A stretch of DNA of 64,000 nucleotides, taken from positions 1-64,000 of the forward strand of contig JBBRLQ010000026.1 in NCBI GenBank assembly GCA_038231275.1, given 5' to 3'. Origin of the DNA: Polyangiales bacterium (GTDB lineage Bacteria > Myxococcota_A > Polyangia > Polyangiales > Polyangiaceae). Numbering within the stretch: the first letter of the stretch is position 1; each line of letters starts with the position of its first letter. A model generated the notes under the pieces. That model searched no databases. It saw nothing but the letters and a program-made list of their open reading frames with translations, and was not told the origin of the DNA. Shown here one piece after another: positions 19,605 to 28,626 of this stretch. The translations under genes and the position numbers were made by a program.

Positions 19605-20666
19605 ATGAAGCGGATTTGCCGACAGACAGCCTTGGGCGCGGCCTTCGTGGTCGCATCGATCGCGGCGACGCGCGGCGCGCACGCGCAAGGGCCCGCGCCG
19701 GCGACGCCCGAGCAGATCGCCGCGGCGCGCTCCGTGGGGACGGAGGGGATCGAAGCGGCCGAGGCCGGCGACTGCGTGCGCGCGATCGATCGTCTTCAGC
19801 GCGCGGAGGCGCTCTTCCACGCGCCGACGACGCTCGAGCGCCTCGGCGAGTGCCAGATCGCGATGGGCAGGATCGTCGCGGGCACCGAGTCACTGAACCG
19901 CGTGCTCCGCGAGCCGATGCCCTCGAGCCCGCCGCCGGCGTTCGTCGCAGCGCAAGCGCGCGCGAGGAAGGCGCTCGAGGCGGCGCTCCCGAAGCTCGGT
20001 CAGATCTTCGTTCATGTCGACAAGCCCGCCGACGTCACCACCACCGTGCACGTCGACGGCGAGCTCCTCGCGGCCGCGCTCCTCGACGTGGACCGCCCGA
20101 TGGATCCGGGCACGCATCGCGTGGACGCCACCGCGCCGGGGTACCGCACGGCAGAGAGCGCGGTGACCGTCCTGTCGGGCAGGAAGAGCGAGGTGCTCTT
20201 GAAGCTCGAGATCGATCCGAACGCCGCGCCGCCTCCGGCCCCACTGCCCACGCCTCCACCTTCGACGACACCCCCGGCGACGGGGGGCGCGCCGAGCACG
20301 AGCACGCCCACGCCCACGCCACCCTCCCCTCCTTCGGCCGGCAGCTCGCACCTTCCGGCATACGTCGCGTTCGGTGTCGGCGGCGTCGGGCTCCTGGTCG
20401 GCACGGTCTTCGGCGTGATGGCCCTCGGTTCGAAGTCGAACCTCGACAGCGCGTGCGGCGCCGACAAAGGATGCCCGGGCTCCTCGCAATCGGACATCGA
20501 CGCCGTTGGAAGCCGCGCGACGATCTCCACTGTCGGCTTCGTGATCGGCGCCGTCGGCGTCGCGACCGGCGCCGTGTTGCTCTTCACCGCCGGAAAGCCC
20601 ACGCAGTCGAGCGTGCGGGCATGGCTCACACCCGGCTCGGCCGGCATCGGGGGCACGTTCCTATGA
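19605..20666 (+). CDS. Exported TPR- and PEGA-like protein with C-terminal hydrophobic segments
   Basis: Signal peptide, TPR-like helices, VDG..MDPGTHRVDATAPGY PEGA-like motif; follows the kinase. Confidence 0.82.
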   Translation: MKRICRQTALGAAFVVASIAATRGAHAQGPAPATPEQIAAARSVGTEGIEAAEAGDCVRAIDRLQRAEALFHAPTTLERLGECQIAMGRIVAGTESLNRVLREPMPSSPPPAFVAAQARARKALEAALPKLGQIFVHVDKPADVTTTVHVDGELLAAALLDVDRPMDPGTHRVDATAPGYRTAESAVTVLSGRKSEVLLKLEIDPNAAPPPAPLPTPPPSTTPPATGGAPSTSTPTPTPPSPPSAGSSHLPAYVAFGVGGVGLLVGTVFGVMALGSKSNLDSACGADKGCPGSSQSDIDAVGSRATISTVGFVIGAVGVATGAVLLFTAGKPTQSSVRAWLTPGSAGIGGTFL

Positions 20667-21781
20667 GACGAACCATCCTGCTCGGCGCGGCGACCCTGGG
20701 GATCGCCGGCGCGACCGTCCTGTCTGCTTTCGGCGTGGCCGGCTGCAACGCCATCGTCGGCGCGGGCGACTACCACATCGCCGAGGACGCCTCGCTCGCG
20801 GACGCGCCGGACGTGCAGCTACCAGAAGCGTCACTACTGGACAGGGCCGCATCGCCGGACGCGCTGACCGACGCCGAGCCGGACGTCGTCCTTGAGAGTG
20901 GCCCGCCATGCGGCACCGGCCTGCCGACGAGTGATCCGGGCTTCCAAGGCGTCGTCCGAGGCTGCGTGCTCGCGGCGGGGTGCGATCCGGACACGGTCAA
21001 TTACTCCGTCTCCGATTGCATCACCAACAACCAGCTCGCCGGCATCCCGGGGACCGCCGCGCTCGCGAACGCGCAGACCTGCTCCGACGTGACGAACGTC
21101 ACCGGGCGCGGATACACGACCACGGCGTGCCAGGGCCTCAGCAACGGCTACCACTGCGCCGGCGCGATGCTCCTCTTTTGCAACAACAACGTCGGCAGCT
21201 ACCAGGACTGCACCAAGCGCGGGAGCAGCACGTGCGGCACCTACTCGGGCGGTGACGCCGGCGTGCAAGCGGCCTGCGTCGTCCAGGCGTCGTGCTCGGG
21301 CGAAGGCGTGACCGCATGCAACGGCGCGAACTCCCTCTACACGTGCCACGGCGGCGTCGGCTTCGGCGAGAACTGCACCTCCCTCAACGCCGCGTGCAGT
21401 GCGCAAGACAAGACTTGCTACTACAAAGGCGATCTCTGCGGCCTCCCCGACGGCGGCGGGCTCGGCGAGGCATGCTCCGGCAACATTCGGCAAGGCTGCT
21501 ACGCGGGCACCGGCGTGCCGAACACGCTCTACCGCTATGACTGCGGCAAGGTCGGCCTCGGCTGCATGCCCGACGCCCCGAACAACCGCGCGCACTGCCT
21601 GGCGCCCGGCTGCAGCGCAGCCCAAGCGACGGCGTGCAAGGAGACGTGCAAGGACTCCACGACCGCGACCTTCTGCGTCGGCGGCGCGAAGCTCGACGTC
21701 GACTGCACGAAGTACGACTCGTTCAGCAAGTGCGGCACGTTCACGACGGGCTCCGGAAGCTCCGTCGTGCAGTGCTACTGA
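20663..21781 (+). CDS. Cys-rich lipoprotein
   Basis: VAGCNAIVG lipobox; ATGA overlap; about 30 Cys. Confidence 0.85.
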   Translation: MRRTILLGAATLGIAGATVLSAFGVAGCNAIVGAGDYHIAEDASLADAPDVQLPEASLLDRAASPDALTDAEPDVVLESGPPCGTGLPTSDPGFQGVVRGCVLAAGCDPDTVNYSVSDCITNNQLAGIPGTAALANAQTCSDVTNVTGRGYTTTACQGLSNGYHCAGAMLLFCNNNVGSYQDCTKRGSSTCGTYSGGDAGVQAACVVQASCSGEGVTACNGANSLYTCHGGVGFGENCTSLNAACSAQDKTCYYKGDLCGLPDGGGLGEACSGNIRQGCYAGTGVPNTLYRYDCGKVGLGCMPDAPNNRAHCLAPGCSAAQATACKETCKDSTTATFCVGGAKLDVDCTKYDSFSKCGTFTTGSGSSVVQCY

Positions 21782-21890
21782 CGGCGGATTCGCTGGCGGC
21801 GCTCGCGTGGCTCCGCGCGCGGCTCGCGAGCCCGCGCGTGAGGCGTCCTCGATCCGGCGGGAAAGAAGCGGGAGTCCTGGGGTTCGTGCG

Positions 21891-21907
21891 CCGGCACGCA
21901 TGCTGCA
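21891..21907 (+). promoter_or_regulatory. Sigma-54 promoter candidate
   Basis: CCGGCACGCATGCTGCA (GG-N10-GC); conserved C lies 14 nt before ATG 21920. Confidence 0.45.
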
Positions 21908-21919
21908 CTCGCGGTTCGG

Positions 21920-22930
21920 ATGCGCACGTCATCGTGGAGCCTCGTCGTGATCGCGGCGCTGGTCGGCGTCGCGTGCTCGAGCGTCGGCGCGCCCGGCGAC
22001 GAGCCCGCCGCGTCCGCCGATCCCGCAGCGCCCAGCACTCCCGGCGTGCCCGGAGCCCCGACTCCTCCCGGAACGAATCCGCCCATAGGCGGCGGCAACT
22101 CCGACGCCGCCGCGCCGGCGGACGCAGGCGATGCATCGTCTCACCCCGTCGACGCCGGCCACGCGGCCTGCGGGCCTGACGCGAAGAACGGGGCGTACTG
22201 CGGCAACGACAAGATGGTCGGCGCCGACCCGGGCACGCTCTACACCTGCGCCGGCCCCGGCGCGCCGAAGTCCGCCCAGAAGTGCAGCGACGGCTGCGTC
22301 GTCTCTGCGGGCCAGGACGACTACTGCAAGGTGCCGCCGAGCGCGAACTCCTACCGCTTGCCGTGGAGCGCGGGCGTCTCGATGCAGCTGACCCAGGACT
22401 GCAACGACGCGTGCTGCAGCGATCACGTGGGCAGCGACGAATACGCGTACGACTGGGCAAACGGCGGCGGCTTCCTCGTCCGCGCCGCCCGAGGCGGCAC
22501 CATCACCCACCTGAAGATCAACAGCACGACCGGCTGCGCGACGACGGCGTGCAGCACCGACGTCAACATGATCGTCGTCGATCACGGCGACGGCTCTCAG
22601 GCGATTTACATGCATCTTGCAGGTCACACCGCGCAGCCCGGGGTGACTTGCGGCGCCAAGGTCGTGCAAGGTCAGCCACTCGCGACCGCGGGCACCACCG
22701 GCCACTCGACGGGCGTGCACCTTCACTTCCAGGTCAGTCAGGTGCACGCGGGAGCTCCTCTCTGCGAGTGCGGCGCCGACGGCCAGCAGTGCGCCACGAC
22801 GTACAACCCCTTCCCCGACGTCTGGGTGAACTCGCCGTACCACACGCTGCCCGTGACGTTCGAGGAGTGGCCGACGGCGGCGTCGTGCAACAACCGGCGC
22901 ATGACGATGCCGGCGGCGTTGTCGAGGTAG
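21920..22930 (+). CDS. M23-family metallopeptidase lipoprotein with Cys-rich inserts
   Basis: VGVAC lipobox; H...YAYD, VRAARGG, YMHL and GTTGHSTGVHLHF motifs. Confidence 0.9.
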   Translation: MRTSSWSLVVIAALVGVACSSVGAPGDEPAASADPAAPSTPGVPGAPTPPGTNPPIGGGNSDAAAPADAGDASSHPVDAGHAACGPDAKNGAYCGNDKMVGADPGTLYTCAGPGAPKSAQKCSDGCVVSAGQDDYCKVPPSANSYRLPWSAGVSMQLTQDCNDACCSDHVGSDEYAYDWANGGGFLVRAARGGTITHLKINSTTGCATTACSTDVNMIVVDHGDGSQAIYMHLAGHTAQPGVTCGAKVVQGQPLATAGTTGHSTGVHLHFQVSQVHAGAPLCECGADGQQCATTYNPFPDVWVNSPYHTLPVTFEEWPTAASCNNRRMTMPAALSR

Positions 22931-22952
22931 CGGCGTCGTCGCGCCCTTCATC

Positions 22953-23636
22953 TCATTTGCAGTGGTACCAGGCGGGGAGCGGCCCGCACGATGCGAACGT
23001 GCTGGCAGTGCAGGTCTTGATCGTGCACACGGAGGTTCCACACTCCGCGTCGGTTTTGCACAGCTGGAACCCGCCGTTGAACTCGCAGACGCCGGCGCTC
23101 GCCGTGATGCACGATCGACTGAACATCCAGTTGCCTGCGACCGACGACGGGCCCGCGCAGCAAACGGTGCCCGCCCAGCAGTCGGCCTTCTCGTCGCACT
23201 GGGCCGTCAGAGCACAACCGCTCGTGTCCTTCGTGCAGTGCTCGGCGCCGCCTTCGGCGCCCGGTGCGAAGCAGCACAGCTCGTAGACCGTCGTGTCGCA
23301 CGTGCCGCCGGCGCACGCGACGCGCCCCGGGTTGGACACGGGACCCGTCGCGCCAGCTTCAGCGTCCACGGCGGATCCGTCGCCGCCGTCGGCGGTCGAA
23401 GGCGCGTCCGCGACGAGCGCGTCATGGGGGTCGCGACCTTCGTCCGTCGTCGAGGAGTCAGAGACCGCGGCGTCGTTGGGCGAGTCGTCGGGGAACGACG
23501 CGTCGAGCGTCGCGTCCGCGAGCGCGGCGGCGTCGCGATCGGTGGGGTCGCTCGACGATGACGAGTCACCGCAGGCGACACCGAGCGTCAACGCGACAAG
23601 CACGAGCGCGCGACCGGAGAAGAGCCGAGAATCCAT
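22953..23636 (-). CDS. Cys-rich lipoprotein
   Basis: LGVACGD lipobox, acidic linker, CDEKADC..VCC domain. Confidence 0.8.
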   Translation of the reverse strand: MDSRLFSGRALVLVALTLGVACGDSSSSSDPTDRDAAALADATLDASFPDDSPNDAAVSDSSTTDEGRDPHDALVADAPSTADGGDGSAVDAEAGATGPVSNPGRVACAGGTCDTTVYELCCFAPGAEGGAEHCTKDTSGCALTAQCDEKADCWAGTVCCAGPSSVAGNWMFSRSCITASAGVCEFNGGFQLCKTDAECGTSVCTIKTCTASTFASCGPLPAWYHCK

Positions 23637-23745
23637 ACGGAGGCCCTGGCGAGCGCCGGCCCCGACAGGGCCGCCGCACGTTGCATACGCGGCGGTACTT
23701 ACCACGCGCCGCGATTAGAGCAAACGCTCTACTCTGACATTCGGG

Positions 23746-24954
23746 CTATCGCGCGACGCCGAGGACGCGGCGGGCGACCTCGGCGTCGGAGAAGGCGCGC
23801 GTCGTCGCTCCCGCGACCTGCTCGGTCTCGTGGCCCTTGCCGGCGACCACGATCACCGACTCCGCGTCCGCTCCGTCGATCGCACGAGCGATCGCCGCTT
23901 CTCGATCGAGCACCGTCTCGACGCGCGCGTGACCCGCGAGGCCGTCGGCGAGCGCGCGCGCGATGTCGCCGGGGTCTTCGTCGCGCGGGTTGTCGGTCGT
24001 GAGGATCACGCGATCGGCGATCCGCGCGGCCTCCCCCATCGGCCTGCGCTTTGCCTGATCGCGCTTGCCGCCAGCGCCGAAGACGACGGTGAGCTCCCCC
24101 TTGCAGAGCGCGCGCGCCGCGCCGAACGTGCGCGCGAGGGCGTCGGGGCTGTGGGCGTAGTCGACGACGACGTAAGGTCGTTCGTGAACGACCTCGAAGC
24201 GACCAGGCGGCGGCGGCGCGGAGGCGATGCGCTCTGCGGCCTCGTCCGCGGGCACACCAGCCGCGACGGCACCCAGGAGCGCCGCGAGCGCGTTCTCGGC
24301 GTACACGTCTCCGATCGCGCGCACCCGCAGCTCGCGCGGCATCGCCGGAAGCCGCGCCGAGGGTACGCACGTCAGGCGCGTCCCTGACCAACCGAGCTCG
24401 ACGTTCTCGGCGCGAAGATCGAGCTCCGCCTGCGCGGCGCCGCGGCTCGGGACGCCGTATCGCCACGTCGTCACGCCGTCGGGGATCACTTCGCCAAGCA
24501 AGCGCGACGCCTCGTCGCATCCGTTCAGGATTGCCGCGCCCCTCTTAGGCAAGTTGACGAAGAGCTGCGCCTTGCTCGCCAGGTAATGCTCGGGCGAGCC
24601 GTGCGTGTCGAGGTGATCGTGCGTGAGGTTCGTGAAGACGCCGATCTCGCACGGCCAGGCGACCGCGAAACCTCGCGCGAGCGCCTCGCTCGTGAGCTCG
24701 ATCGCCGCGAGCGTTCCGCCCCGATCGATGCACGCGCGCATGACGGCGAGGAAGCCGTCGTAGTCCTTTGGGAGCGTGAGCTCTTCGTCGTCGAGGTAAT
24801 AGCCGACGGTCGTGGCGCGGACGACGGGGCTCGAGCGCGCCCGGAGCGCGGCGGCGATCCACGTGGTGGTCGACGTCTTGCCGTTCGTTCCAGTGACGCC
24901 CACCGTCCGGAGCGCGCGGCTCCAGGCGGGGGCGCTGGGAACCGTCCCTTTCAC
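23746..24954 (-). CDS. MurE-like Mur ligase lacking the N-terminal domain
   Basis: GVTGTNGKTST, NLTHDHLDTHG, DYAHSPD, DNPR and AGKGHE motifs; only ~402 aa. Confidence 0.88.
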   Translation of the reverse strand: MKGTVPSAPAWSRALRTVGVTGTNGKTSTTTWIAAALRARSSPVVRATTVGYYLDDEELTLPKDYDGFLAVMRACIDRGGTLAAIELTSEALARGFAVAWPCEIGVFTNLTHDHLDTHGSPEHYLASKAQLFVNLPKRGAAILNGCDEASRLLGEVIPDGVTTWRYGVPSRGAAQAELDLRAENVELGWSGTRLTCVPSARLPAMPRELRVRAIGDVYAENALAALLGAVAAGVPADEAAERIASAPPPPGRFEVVHERPYVVVDYAHSPDALARTFGAARALCKGELTVVFGAGGKRDQAKRRPMGEAARIADRVILTTDNPRDEDPGDIARALADGLAGHARVETVLDREAAIARAIDGADAESVIVVAGKGHETEQVAGATTRAFSDAEVARRVLGVAR

Positions 24955-24971
24955 GCGCGCAGGCCTTTGCC

Positions 24972-25081
24972 CCAGGAGCGCTTCGCTCCACTCATCAGCC
25001 AGGAGCGTTTCGCTCCGCTGCGCTTCGCTCCACTCATCCGCCAGGAGCGTTTCGCTCCGCTGCGCTTCGCTCCACTCATCA
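24972..25081. repeat. Intergenic tandem repeat of ~42-bp palindromic (REP-like) units
   Basis: Two full units (24998-25039 and 25040-25081, GCCAGGAGCGTTTCGCTCCGCTGCGCTTCGCTCCACTCATCM) plus an internally deleted unit at 24972-24997. Confidence 0.9.
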
Positions 25082-25744
25082 GAGCTGCGCGAGACAGGTC
25101 AGTGCGTCGGTCACGAAGCAGGCGCTCTCCGTCATGCATGCGACGAACTTCGTTCGACCGGCCGCGGTCATGCCCGCAGTGTACTTCTGGCAATCGGCGG
25201 CCGAGACGCCCGCGTCGGCGCCAGCATCGCCGCACACCGCGGCGATTTGATCGCACGCGGCCTTGCCCGTCGCATCTGGACACGCGCCAGCGAGCGCCGT
25301 GGCGATGCACGTGTCGATCCCCGCGCCGCTCTCGCACGTCGGCAGCGCGACGACGCACGCGATCGCAGCCTGCGCGACCTTTGGTTTGAGATCGGCGAGC
25401 ACACCGTCGCAGAGGAGCGCGTTGAGACATGCGGGCCCCGCGTCGCCGCCGTCCGCCGCCGCCGCGTCGGGACCGGTCCCGCCGTCGGCGTAGTCGACGC
25501 ACGCGCCCGCCGTGCCTACGCTGTCGTTGCACGTGGCGGCGTCGTTGCCCCCGTCGTTCGCGGCGCTGTCGCCATTGCCGGAGTCTTTCGTCGACGCTCC
25601 GTCGCCCGTCGTACCGTCGCTGCCGCTATCGGTGCCGCCGCCCCCGCCGGGGACCGTGTTGTTCGTGGTGGTGACCGAGCACGCGGCGATCACGCCGGTG
25701 ATGGAGGTCGTCAGCATCAGGAATCGTGCACGGTCCAGCTTCAT
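25079..25744 (-). CDS. Cys-rich helical lipoprotein (paralogue of 25852-26544)
   Basis: MKLDRARFL...IAAC lipobox; GAGGAG RBS; KPKVA..AIAC and KFVACM motifs. Confidence 0.85.
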   Translation of the reverse strand: MKLDRARFLMLTTSITGVIAACSVTTTNNTVPGGGGGTDSGSDGTTGDGASTKDSGNGDSAANDGGNDAATCNDSVGTAGACVDYADGGTGPDAAAADGGDAGPACLNALLCDGVLADLKPKVAQAAIACVVALPTCESGAGIDTCIATALAGACPDATGKAACDQIAAVCGDAGADAGVSAADCQKYTAGMTAAGRTKFVACMTESACFVTDALTCLAQL

Positions 25745-25820
25745 GTAGGCAGCTCCTCTTCGAAGGTCTTCGGGCGGACCATGTGTAGACGCAGCAGGCG
25801 GCAAAACGATTCAATCTGCT

Positions 25821-25837
25821 CGGGCACGCCAAGTGCA
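25821..25837 (+). promoter_or_regulatory. Sigma-54 promoter candidate
   Basis: CGGGCACGCCAAGTGCA (GG-N10-GC); conserved C lies 16 nt before ATG 25852. Confidence 0.4.
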
Positions 25838-25851
25838 ACTTCCTCGTTTCC

Positions 25852-26544
25852 ATGAAGGTGCACCGCGAACGATTCCTCATTCTGGTCACCGCGCTCGCCG
25901 CCGGATGTCACGACGGTGGCCCGCCTGCCGAAGCGCCGGAGCCGCCCATTCGCTGGTCGCCCGCCGCGAGCCCGACGGGCGACACGTCGTTCGGTTTCGC
26001 GCGCCCGGGTCCCGCGCCAAACGCGGAGGGGGGCCACACCGTCCCATCCGCCCTTGGCGCCAAGGGCGAGGAGCAAGGCGGCGACGACCCGTTCGCCAAG
26101 GAGGTCGCGGGCGAGCGATGCAACCCGTGGCTCAACATGCACGGCTTTGCCCGAAGCTGCGCCGCACTCGCGCCGCCCGGGCCGACGTGCGAGGGCTTCG
26201 ACTCCACGAAGAGCGAGTGCACGAGCATGAGGACGCACTTCAAGCCGCGCGTCGCCGCGAAGGCGATCGATTGCGTCCTCGCGAAGAGCAAGAGCCCGGA
26301 CCTATGCAGCGCGAACGTGAACGGCCTCTGCGTTTACGAAGCGCTCGCGAGCGCCTGCGTCGAGCCTGCCGCGGCGCCTGTTTGCGCGGACCTCGTGAAG
26401 GACTGTGCGGACACTCACAAGGAGAGGGTGGCCCAAACATCCTGCGAGGCGGCGTGGTCCGCGCTGCGTGAGGCGGATCGTCCGAAGTTCATCGCGTGCA
26501 TGTCGGAGGCGTGCAGCTTCGCCGCGTGCCTTCCCTTCCCTTGA
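25852..26544 (+). CDS. Cys-rich helical lipoprotein (paralogue of 25079-25744)
   Basis: MKVHRERFL...LAAGC lipobox; KPRVA..AIDC and KFIACM motifs. Confidence 0.85.
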   Translation: MKVHRERFLILVTALAAGCHDGGPPAEAPEPPIRWSPAASPTGDTSFGFARPGPAPNAEGGHTVPSALGAKGEEQGGDDPFAKEVAGERCNPWLNMHGFARSCAALAPPGPTCEGFDSTKSECTSMRTHFKPRVAAKAIDCVLAKSKSPDLCSANVNGLCVYEALASACVEPAAAPVCADLVKDCADTHKERVAQTSCEAAWSALREADRPKFIACMSEACSFAACLPFP

Positions 26545-26680
26545 CCGCCTCTCGAAGCTGAGCTCCCCCGTGCCGCATGTGGCTCTTCTGGGGAGCCTCT
26601 CTGAGGCGCGCATGTGCCCAGGGACTCACCGCGGCCGCGCGGATGTCGGGCAAAAGCGCGAACGCGTCGCCTCGCGGGAT

Positions 26681-26697
26681 TTGGCACGAGCAATGCT
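26681..26697 (+). promoter_or_regulatory. Sigma-54 promoter candidate
   Basis: TTGGCACGAGCAATGCT, near-consensus, upstream of an AAGGAGG RBS. Confidence 0.65.
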
Positions 26698-26728
26698 CCA
26701 CACGCGTTGCCAAACCAAGGAGGCAACC

Positions 26729-26977
26729 ATGATCAATGCCAGCCAAATCAAGCCGCACGCGCCCGTCGTCTGCTCGGAGAATGGACAGTTCGCCATCGTC
26801 GATCACGTCGAAGGAAGCGACATGATCAAGCTCGCGAAGGACGCGAACGGCAAGCACCACTACATCCCCATGAAGTGGGTCACGTCGGTCGACGACAAGG
26901 TGCACATCGATCGGCCCGGCGGCCAAGCGATGCGCGAATGGTCGGAGAAGCCGACCACGACCCCGAAGAGCTCCTAG
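26729..26977 (+). CDS. DUF2171-like small protein
   Basis: IK.H..VV.S.....VDHVEG..IKLAKD..GKHHYIP..WV..VDD pattern; strong RBS. Confidence 0.85.
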   Translation: MINASQIKPHAPVVCSENGQFAIVDHVEGSDMIKLAKDANGKHHYIPMKWVTSVDDKVHIDRPGGQAMREWSEKPTTTPKSS

Positions 26978-27245
26978 CGAAGTCCGCTGAGTGGTCCGCC
27001 GTTCCGTGGACGTCGCTGTGCTCGTCGCAGACGGCGGCCGCGGAACGGCGCGTGGCTCAGCGAGCTCGCCTTCTGCGACCTCGAGCGCCACGACCGCGCT
27101 GTAACGATCCACGAGCTCGAGCCGGCCCACACACCGTCGTCGCGCTCGAGCGGCGGCTGACCGACGGGTATTCGCAGAACTGACATCGATGCCGCGGACC
27201 CAGCCGGCTTCCTAACCGCCGGGCCGCGTGCTACCCCAAGGTGAG

Positions 27246-27647
27246 ATGCTCGTGCCGCGCCTGTGCCTTGGTCTCGCGCTCGCCGCGGCCTCGCTCGCCC
27301 TCGGCGGAGGGTGCGCGACCGGGGGCACGGAGACCGACGGCGTGGACGTCGACGCGGCGCACCCGTCCGGCATCGACGCAGGGTTCGATGGCGGCGGCGG
27401 CCCTCTTCTAGAGGATGGGGGCGGCGACGGCGACATCCCGCCGAGCGACGGCGGAAGCAGCGGCGACGGCGGATCCTCGTCGGGCGGCGTGCGGCCGTCC
27501 GCGCGATCGCTCGCTGCGGGCGCCACGGTGAGCACGAGCCCCAAGTACAGGGCGGTTCGAACGCTCGGGCAAAGCCCGGGCGGCAACGGGGCCGCGTCGT
27601 CTTCGAACTTCAAGATGAAGGGCGGGCTCGTAGGAGCCACGCAGTAG
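27246..27647 (+). CDS. Small lipoprotein; Gly/Asp linker plus short C-terminal beta motif
   Basis: LGGGC lipobox; ends AGATVSTSPKY..TLGQ....SSSNFKMKGG. Confidence 0.75.
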   Translation: MLVPRLCLGLALAAASLALGGGCATGGTETDGVDVDAAHPSGIDAGFDGGGGPLLEDGGGDGDIPPSDGGSSGDGGSSSGGVRPSARSLAAGATVSTSPKYRAVRTLGQSPGGNGAASSSNFKMKGGLVGATQ

Positions 27648-27665
27648 ATCGAGGCAGGAGTGGAC

Positions 27666-28625
27666 ATGCGAAGCATCCAACGGGGCATCACTGGAGTAGT
27701 CGTCGCGATCCTCGGCCTCGGCTGGAGCGTGAGCTCGCCCGCCGCCGTGCCGGGTCAGCTCGTCGAGCAAGGGCGCCTCTTCGACGCCGCGGGAAATCCC
27801 GTCGGCGGCGGGGTGAAGCTCGTCTTCTCGATCTGGCCCACCGCCGCGGGCGGCGCGACGCCGCTGTGGACCGAGACGCAGAACGTGACGCTCGACGGCG
27901 GCTACTTCAGCGCGCAGCTCGGCGCGGTCACGCCGCTCCCCGGGAACCTGTTCGATGGCACCGTGAGGTACCTCGGCCTCGCGGTGAACGCCGATCCGGA
28001 GATGACACCGCGTGAGGCGATCGACAGCGTCCCCTACGCCATCGTCGCCAACAACGCGACTGGCGACATCACGCCGCGCACGGTGACGATCCCCGCGTAC
28101 GGCAAGGTGATCGATGAGAGCGGGAACTGGGTCGGACCGAAGGCGGGCCTCACCGGACCCGCGGGGCCGCCCGGAGCCGCGGGAGCTGCAGGACCCGCGG
28201 GACCATCCGGACCCGCAGGGCCACAAGGTCCGCAAGGCCCGCAAGGCGTCCAAGGAGGCACGGGACCGGCAGGACCTGCCGGGCCAGCGGGCGCAAACGG
28301 GGCAACCGGTGCGACCGGTGCGACCGGCCCGATCGGACCCGCGGGACCTGGCGTCGCGAACGTCGTCGTGCGAACCAACACCACGAACTCCGTCGCGGGG
28401 ACCGGCGGCTTCATCAGCGTCACCGCTTCGTGCCTCGCCGGCGAGCGGCTGACTGGCTGCGGCGTCTTCATGGGCTCGGCGTGCGCCGGCGGCTCGCTCG
28501 CCAACACGTGCCAGATCATCGAGAGCGATCCGAACATCGGCGGCACCTCCTGCGCGGCGCAGGCGTACGTCGGGTCGGGCATCCCGCAGACGACCCTCGT
28601 CACCAGCGCCATCTGTCGCTTCTGA
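27666..28625 (+). CDS. Secreted collagen-like fibre protein
   Basis: Signal peptide; QGRL.D..G.P...LW.ETQ.V...G.FS..LG...EMTPR..SVPYA N-domain; 23 consecutive G-X-Y triplets; Cys-containing head. Confidence 0.9.
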   Translation: MRSIQRGITGVVVAILGLGWSVSSPAAVPGQLVEQGRLFDAAGNPVGGGVKLVFSIWPTAAGGATPLWTETQNVTLDGGYFSAQLGAVTPLPGNLFDGTVRYLGLAVNADPEMTPREAIDSVPYAIVANNATGDITPRTVTIPAYGKVIDESGNWVGPKAGLTGPAGPPGAAGAAGPAGPSGPAGPQGPQGPQGVQGGTGPAGPAGPAGANGATGATGATGPIGPAGPGVANVVVRTNTTNSVAGTGGFISVTASCLAGERLTGCGVFMGSACAGGSLANTCQIIESDPNIGGTSCAAQAYVGSGIPQTTLVTSAICRF

Positions 28626-28626
28626 G

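Noticed and set aside
24972..25083. Hammerhead-like CTGATGA...GAAAC on the minus strand of the tandem repeat; also considered as a mini-CRISPR
   Set aside because: Stem II cannot pair, GAAA sits inside its own hairpin, and no stem III/UH site is found. There are no unique spacers and no cas genes.
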